9,022 nucleotides of DNA, from assembly GCA_043228905.1 (NCBI GenBank), contig JBHGNT010001398.1:1-9022 (forward strand), in the 5' to 3' direction. The notes under the pieces are model-generated. The model was not told where the DNA came from and did not search any database. It saw only the letters and a program-made list of their open reading frames with translations. This document shows positions 6,501 through 9,022 of the stretch, in pieces. The DNA is from Azolla caroliniana (taxonomy: Eukaryota; Plantae; Polypodiophyta). Positions within the stretch are counted from its first letter, which is position 1; the number at the start of each line of letters is the position of its first letter. Both the position numbers and the translations under genes were made by a program.

Positions 6501-9020
6501 GAAAGGTCAATGGGCCAGCCAAGTGTGAACCCTCCAAGCCCAAGTAAATTACATATGACAAAACCAGGGTTTAAAGAAAATTGTGCTTTTGGAACAGAGC
6601 TTTATAGAGAGAGGGGGTGCTCTTGTCCATGATGATGTACCCTCTATAGTGACTAGTAAAGCAACATTCCCTGTGTTAATTTTTTCATGATCGTGCAATT
6701 GTTTGCATTCTTTCTTGTTAGTCATATTGTAGGACCTTCTAGGTTCTGCAGGATTAGGTGAAACCTTGAATTGCCCTAAATCCAACGAATGGTATCAGAG
6801 CAATGGGTTAGTTATAACAGGCCAATAAGGAAGAACTTTGGAAGACTCAGCAATGCTCACATGGGCCACTCTAAGAACACTGGGCACGCTGAGCCATCAG
6901 GCCATGTTGAGGAGATTATTGATGTTAGAAAATCAGAACATGGCCGAGTTGAGGACATTGAACGTATCAAATGGACTGAAACGATCAGAAGAAAGCTTTG
7001 AAGATAATAAAGAGAAAAGTAGTGGACCACAACAGGCAGATAGGAGCAGAAATGCACATCAGCAGATCACAGAGGATTCTGATGAAGAAGAATTAAGGGG
7101 ACCCAAAGAAGAAACCACACTTCAATAAACACTACAACAATCGGCACAACAATCACATTCACCAAACATGTTTGTTCTAGGCGAGGACCACGTGATGCTG
7201 ACAGATATCAGGGAGCTCATGCAATAGAGAGAGGCAATGAAGGCCCGAGACAGACCGAAGTGGAATCTTTCCATGAAGAGCAAGATAGAGTAGGTTTAGA
7301 AGAATTAGACATGGGACCTTATACATTTACCCGAAGGAAAGTGCATGTTGTTGTGTAAATGGGAACTATTGACTTGTACTTGACTTTAACATTTGTAATA
7401 GAGATAAAGCAATGTAGTTTGTATAAAATTATTACAGTTCAGATGTAAAAGAATGTATTAAAAGAATGCAGTATACTAGTAAGCCTCCATGGAGATGTTT
7501 GTCATATACAGTGTTATGTACCAAAATGAAAATCTATCTTGGTTATGCCTCCATTATCAATGTACTTTGAACTGTAAGCAAAGTGATTAATTCTTTCAAA
7601 TACAACAATTAAGCTATATATGGCTAAGCGCTTAAAATACTATCTTTGGGAAAACCCTCTAAATTATATATTGACCTTGCTACAAAACTGTTTATTTCTA
7701 AGATAAATACATTTTGAGGTAGTTCAAACCATCATGATACTTGACCCCCAACAAATTCATTTAAAGGACAAACATTTCATTTATGAGATAATCCAAGCAG
7801 CAATGTGAACTCGGGAAAGAACTGCACTTGAGGATATCTTTCAGAACAGATATAAGCAAGCTAAAAAATGTTACTAGCTCTATGATAAATTTTTGTTGAT
7901 AGCTTCGAGAAACATTTTGTCTCTATAGTTTATCTTTGTTTATGGCTTTGAGAGGTCGAAAGAGAAGGCTGCATTTCATTAGATCTTTCAAAATGTTTAT
8001 TGTCTCTATGAATCATGGTATATTTGGGTTTATGGCTGCTTCAAAACATTTCCACACTTAAGTGTCAAAAGCACTACCTTTGGGAAGATCTTCGAAATAG
8101 ACAAGAATATGCTACAAAATGCCTAGGACATATATTTTCTTTATGTAACATTGCTTCAAGATTCTCTAAGCTATCCAAACAGAAAAGACTAATCTTTGGG
8201 AAGATTTTTCTGAATAAACATGAGCATACACCTCTGTTTATGGATTTTGTTGCTAAGAAAGCTAACTTTCGTTATGAAATGTCTTTGATTAGGGATTTTT
8301 TTGCTACAAAACGCTTAAATCTTTCTTGCTAAAAAATGCATGAAAATCTCTATAACATATTTTTTTCGTGGACTCAGATAAGGTATGTACGGTGGATTGT
8401 TGATACATCAAAAAAAAAAATGCTAAATTGTTAGTCCAGATATCCCATGGAAATAAAAAAGGCGAACAAATTGTTAGGTCAGTTATCTCACAGAAACAAA
8501 AATGAGAACAAATATATTTGATACTAACCTCACGAAAGTGTGGGATTTGAGTCATGAGCAGACGTGTGATTCCCTACCAAACAAAACAAATATAATTTCT
8601 ATGAAATAAATAAATAAACGCCAGAGAGGATAGAAAGAAAGAAAATTATATAAAACTTCCTTGAAGAGACTAAAATCTGTTACATGTGAAAGAAAAAAGA
8701 TTACTTATATATATGTATATATATACATTTTCTCCGCATCGCATACATAAGCTCTCAATTTCTTGCATCGGAAAGGCGTCACCGTTGACTCTATTTTCCA
8801 ATTCGCGTCCATCATTCTGTTCTTCACCAAGCTTCTGTTCCTTCTTGCGCTTCTCCTCCACTTCCTCCTTCGAGTTCCCTTTACCTTCCATTTTCTCTAT
8901 CTCTGCCTCCATCTCTTTCTCTTTCTCTTTCTCTTTCTCTTTCTCTTTCCCTTTCTCTATCTCTGTCTCTTGCTGCCTCTGTCCCTGTTTCAGCTCTTCG
9001 TCGACGTGGAGCTCCGCCAT
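414..9020 (-). CDS. ZPR1: ZPR1 zinc finger protein gene, 14 coding exons in window, 3'-incomplete: join(8727-9020, 8529-8573, 5643-5683, 5121-5202, 4973-5017, 4838-4894, 4429-4488, 4198-4325, 3442-3727, 3295-3361, 2964-3034, 2785-2874, 2594-2702, 414-505), complement
   Basis: Manual splicing gives 489 uninterrupted codons with recognisable ZPR1 motifs: [185 protein letters not shown]. All junctions are GT..AG with matching phase. The expected C-terminal segment (TLILDD.LANSFI-like) is not found in 1-413. Confidence 0.97.
1102..1322 (+). mobile_element. Second decayed copia pol fragment (integrase-RT linker) in ZPR1 intron 13, related to the intron 2 element; may extend to about 1010-1410
   Basis: 1242-1322 aligns with 7122-7206 at DNA level (one 4-nt deletion). 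Peptides: [19 protein letters not shown] versus [19 protein letters not shown]. Weaker similarity upstream: [13 protein letters not shown] versus [13 protein letters not shown]. Confidence 0.75.
1564..1702. repeat. Degenerate tandem repeat, unit about 52-67 bp, about 2.3 copies
   Basis: ATTGTCTATTCACATATTA.TAGTGT.AT.AAATA.C..GACTT occurs twice; TATGCCTTAG.TCATTGTC occurs at 1564 and about 1684. Confidence 0.85.
2002..2391. repeat. Diverged tandem direct duplication in intron 13: copy A about 2002-2165, copy B about 2202-2391
   Basis: Core 2021-2165 versus 2225-2391: about 18 substitutions by manual count (roughly 88% identity) plus a 22-nt segment (catgaatctagataaatggtct) present only in B. 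Confidence 0.93.
2594..2702 (-). CDS. ZPR1: ZPR1 exon 13: [36 protein letters not shown](S)
   Basis: Acceptor ctgtag|TCA; donor A|GTAAGA; 109 nt, phase 0/1. Confidence 0.95.
2785..2874 (-). CDS. ZPR1: ZPR1 exon 12: [30 protein letters not shown]
   Basis: Acceptor taacag|TTA; donor AAG|GTATAT; 90 nt. Confidence 0.95.
2964..3034 (-). CDS. ZPR1: ZPR1 exon 11: (N)[23 protein letters not shown]
   Basis: Acceptor tattag|AC; donor GAG|GTATGG; 71 nt, phase 1/0. Confidence 0.95.
3035..3294 (-). other. U12-type (minor spliceosome) GT-AG intron, ZPR1 intron 10, 260 nt
   Basis: 5' splice site GTATCCTTA (3294-3286) matches the U12 consensus RTATCCTT. TTCCTGAAC at 3065-3057 has one mismatch to the U12 branch consensus TTCCTTAAC and lies about 23 nt before the AG. 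Boundaries are independently fixed by the reading frame. Confidence 0.88.
3295..3361 (-). CDS. ZPR1: ZPR1 exon 10: [22 protein letters not shown](N)
   Basis: Acceptor tttctctag|GTG; donor A|GTATCCTTA (U12-type); 67 nt, phase 0/1; first CxxC of ZnF2. Confidence 0.95.
3442..3727 (-). CDS. ZPR1: ZPR1 exon 9: (P)[26 protein letters not shown]...[33 protein letters not shown] (end of domain A and linker)
   Basis: Acceptor gtgtag|G; donor GAG|GTCTGT; 286 nt, phase 2/0; core of supplied ORF 3397..3780. Confidence 0.95.
4198..4325 (-). CDS. ZPR1: ZPR1 exon 8: [42 protein letters not shown](P)
   Basis: Acceptor aatcag|AAA; donor CC|GTCTGT; 128 nt, phase 0/2. Confidence 0.94.
4429..4488 (-). CDS. ZPR1: ZPR1 exon 7: [20 protein letters not shown]
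   Basis: Acceptor tattcag|ATA; donor AAG|GTTTTG; 60 nt. Confidence 0.94.
4541..4622. repeat. Degenerate TATG/TGTA simple repeat in intron 6
   Basis: Alternating purine-pyrimidine tract with an internal duplication TATGCATGT..TGTACAATTG x2. Confidence 0.7.
4838..4894 (-). CDS. ZPR1: ZPR1 exon 6: [19 protein letters not shown]
   Basis: Acceptor gatgtag|GTT; donor ACG|GTTGGT; 57 nt. Confidence 0.95.
4973..5017 (-). CDS. ZPR1: ZPR1 exon 5: [15 protein letters not shown]
   Basis: Acceptor gccag|GTT; donor AAG|GTGTGA; 45 nt. Confidence 0.95.
5121..5202 (-). CDS. ZPR1: ZPR1 exon 4: (K)[27 protein letters not shown]
   Basis: Acceptor tcctctag|G; donor AAG|GTGCAT; 82 nt, phase 2/0. Confidence 0.95.
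5643..5683 (-). CDS. ZPR1: ZPR1 exon 3: [13 protein letters not shown](K)
   Basis: Acceptor cttgcag|ATT; donor AA|GTAAGT; 41 nt, phase 0/2; second CxxC of ZnF1. Confidence 0.95.
6477..6488 (+). promoter_or_regulatory. TATA box of the putative LTR promoter (antisense to ZPR1)
   Basis: TATATAAATAGG, about 310 nt upstream of the PBS; TATAAATAGG is typical of plant LTRs. Confidence 0.55.
6790..6801 (+). other. Primer binding site complementary to the 3' end of initiator tRNA-Met
   Basis: Exact TGGTATCAGAGC, the canonical plant LTR retrotransposon PBS, 2 nt after the putative LTR end. Confidence 0.88.
7021..7362 (+). pseudogene. Copia pol pseudogene fragment (integrase-RT linker and start of reverse transcriptase, RVT_2-like)
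   Basis: One frame reads ...[75 protein letters not shown]. This resembles the copia pattern LRRS.R...PP.R....DY..LTD.GEP..Y.EAM.....KW..AM..EM.SL.KN.TWDLV.LP.GK..L.CKW. Stops at 7126, 7225, 7291, 7297 and 7306. Confidence 0.88.
7611..8340. repeat. Region of dispersed degenerate short motifs in intron 2, possible old transposon relic
   Basis: TTGCTA(C/A)AAAA(C/T)GC-like motif at 7677, 7860, 8110, 8250, 8301 and 8326; CTTTGGGAA(G/A)A at about 7644, 8078 and 8194; GTTTATGG at about 7938, 8028 and 8236. Confidence 0.5.
8529..8573 (-). CDS. ZPR1: ZPR1 exon 2: [15 protein letters not shown]
   Basis: Acceptor ttggtag|GGA; donor GAG|GTTAGT; 45 nt, phase 0/0. Confidence 0.95.
8706..8726. repeat. 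Interrupted (TA)n tract at the 5' end of intron 1
   Basis: tatatatatgtatatatatac abutting the exon 1 donor. Confidence 0.75.
8727..9020 (-). CDS. ZPR1: ZPR1 exon 1 (98 codons): E/K-rich N-terminal extension and start of ZnF1 ([12 protein letters not shown])
   Basis: ATG in context caATGGCG at 9020; donor AAT|GTATAT at 8726. Only 2 nt upstream are visible, so an upstream start cannot be excluded. Confidence 0.93.
8913..8948 (-). repeat. Coding hexanucleotide microsatellite (AAAGAG)6 encoding (KE)6 in ZPR1 exon 1
   Basis: Six perfect CTCTTT units on the + strand, with degenerate units on both sides. Confidence 0.95.
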
Positions 9021-9022
9021 TG

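Larger units (their letters stand above)
5951..7362 (+). mobile_element. Decayed, internally deleted and 3'-truncated Ty1/copia LTR retrotransposon in ZPR1 intron 2 (antisense to host): putative 5' LTR, PBS, integrase-RT linker and RT N-terminus
   Basis: PBS TGGTATCAGAGC at 6790-6801 follows an LTR-like end TCCAAC(G) at 6781-6787. TATATAAATAGG at 6477 and AGTAAA at 6655 fit U3-R order. The downstream frame gives copia pol motifs (7129-7362). The left edge is uncertain: composition shifts at about 5951, or the LTR starts at TGTTGGA 6403. No 3' LTR or TSD found. Confidence 0.8.

Noticed and set aside
6606-6619. AGAGAGAGGGGG-TG as a polypurine tract opening a short (about 170 bp) shared LTR of a tandem TRIM-like element
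   Set aside because: The following TGCTC does not mirror the TCCAAC end, it would exclude the TATA box, and no second LTR copy is present.
5972-6785. Overlapping short ORFs on both strands (5972-6202, 6111-6449, 6218-6454, 6370-6561, 6549-6785)
   Set aside because: They lie in the putative LTR region, have no recognisable domains and conflict with each other.
8015-8528. ORF 8015-8332 (+) and the intronic tail of ORF 8304-8555 (-)
   Set aside because: The first is an AT-rich chance ORF in the degenerate repeat tract. The second is exon 2 read-through past the GTTAGT donor.
2594-8573. Shared intron positions between the two ZnF-domain modules as a trace of the internal duplication
   Set aside because: Aligning module 1 (IPHFRE|, NEK|, MK|, SIK|, LST|) with module 2 (N|IP, SSE|, VIK|, ND|S) shows no coincident positions.

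Overview
Eukaryotic, AT-rich, land-plant-type genomic DNA. The window is spanned on the minus strand by a multi-exon gene for the zinc-finger protein ZPR1. I assembled 14 coding exons (ATG at 9020 down to 414; 1467 nt, 489 codons, open frame, all introns GT-AG, all phases compatible). They encode ZnF1 (CMRC...CPHC), domain A, a linker, ZnF2 (CGAC...CDLC) and most of domain B. The final coding exon(s) and stop lie left of position 1. Notable points: intron 10 (3035-3294) has U12 minor-spliceosome signals (GTATCCTTA donor, TTCCTGAAC branch-like motif); exon 1 carries a long E/K-rich N-terminal extension built partly from an (AAAGAG)6 microsatellite; both large introns (2 and 13) contain antisense, decayed, mutually related Ty1/copia remnants that share an in-frame stop; intron 13 also holds a diverged tandem duplication (about 165 and 190 bp) with splice-site-like borders. 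I see no convincing evidence of a wholly new system. Most ORFs in the supplied track are antisense shadows, intron read-through or TE debris.
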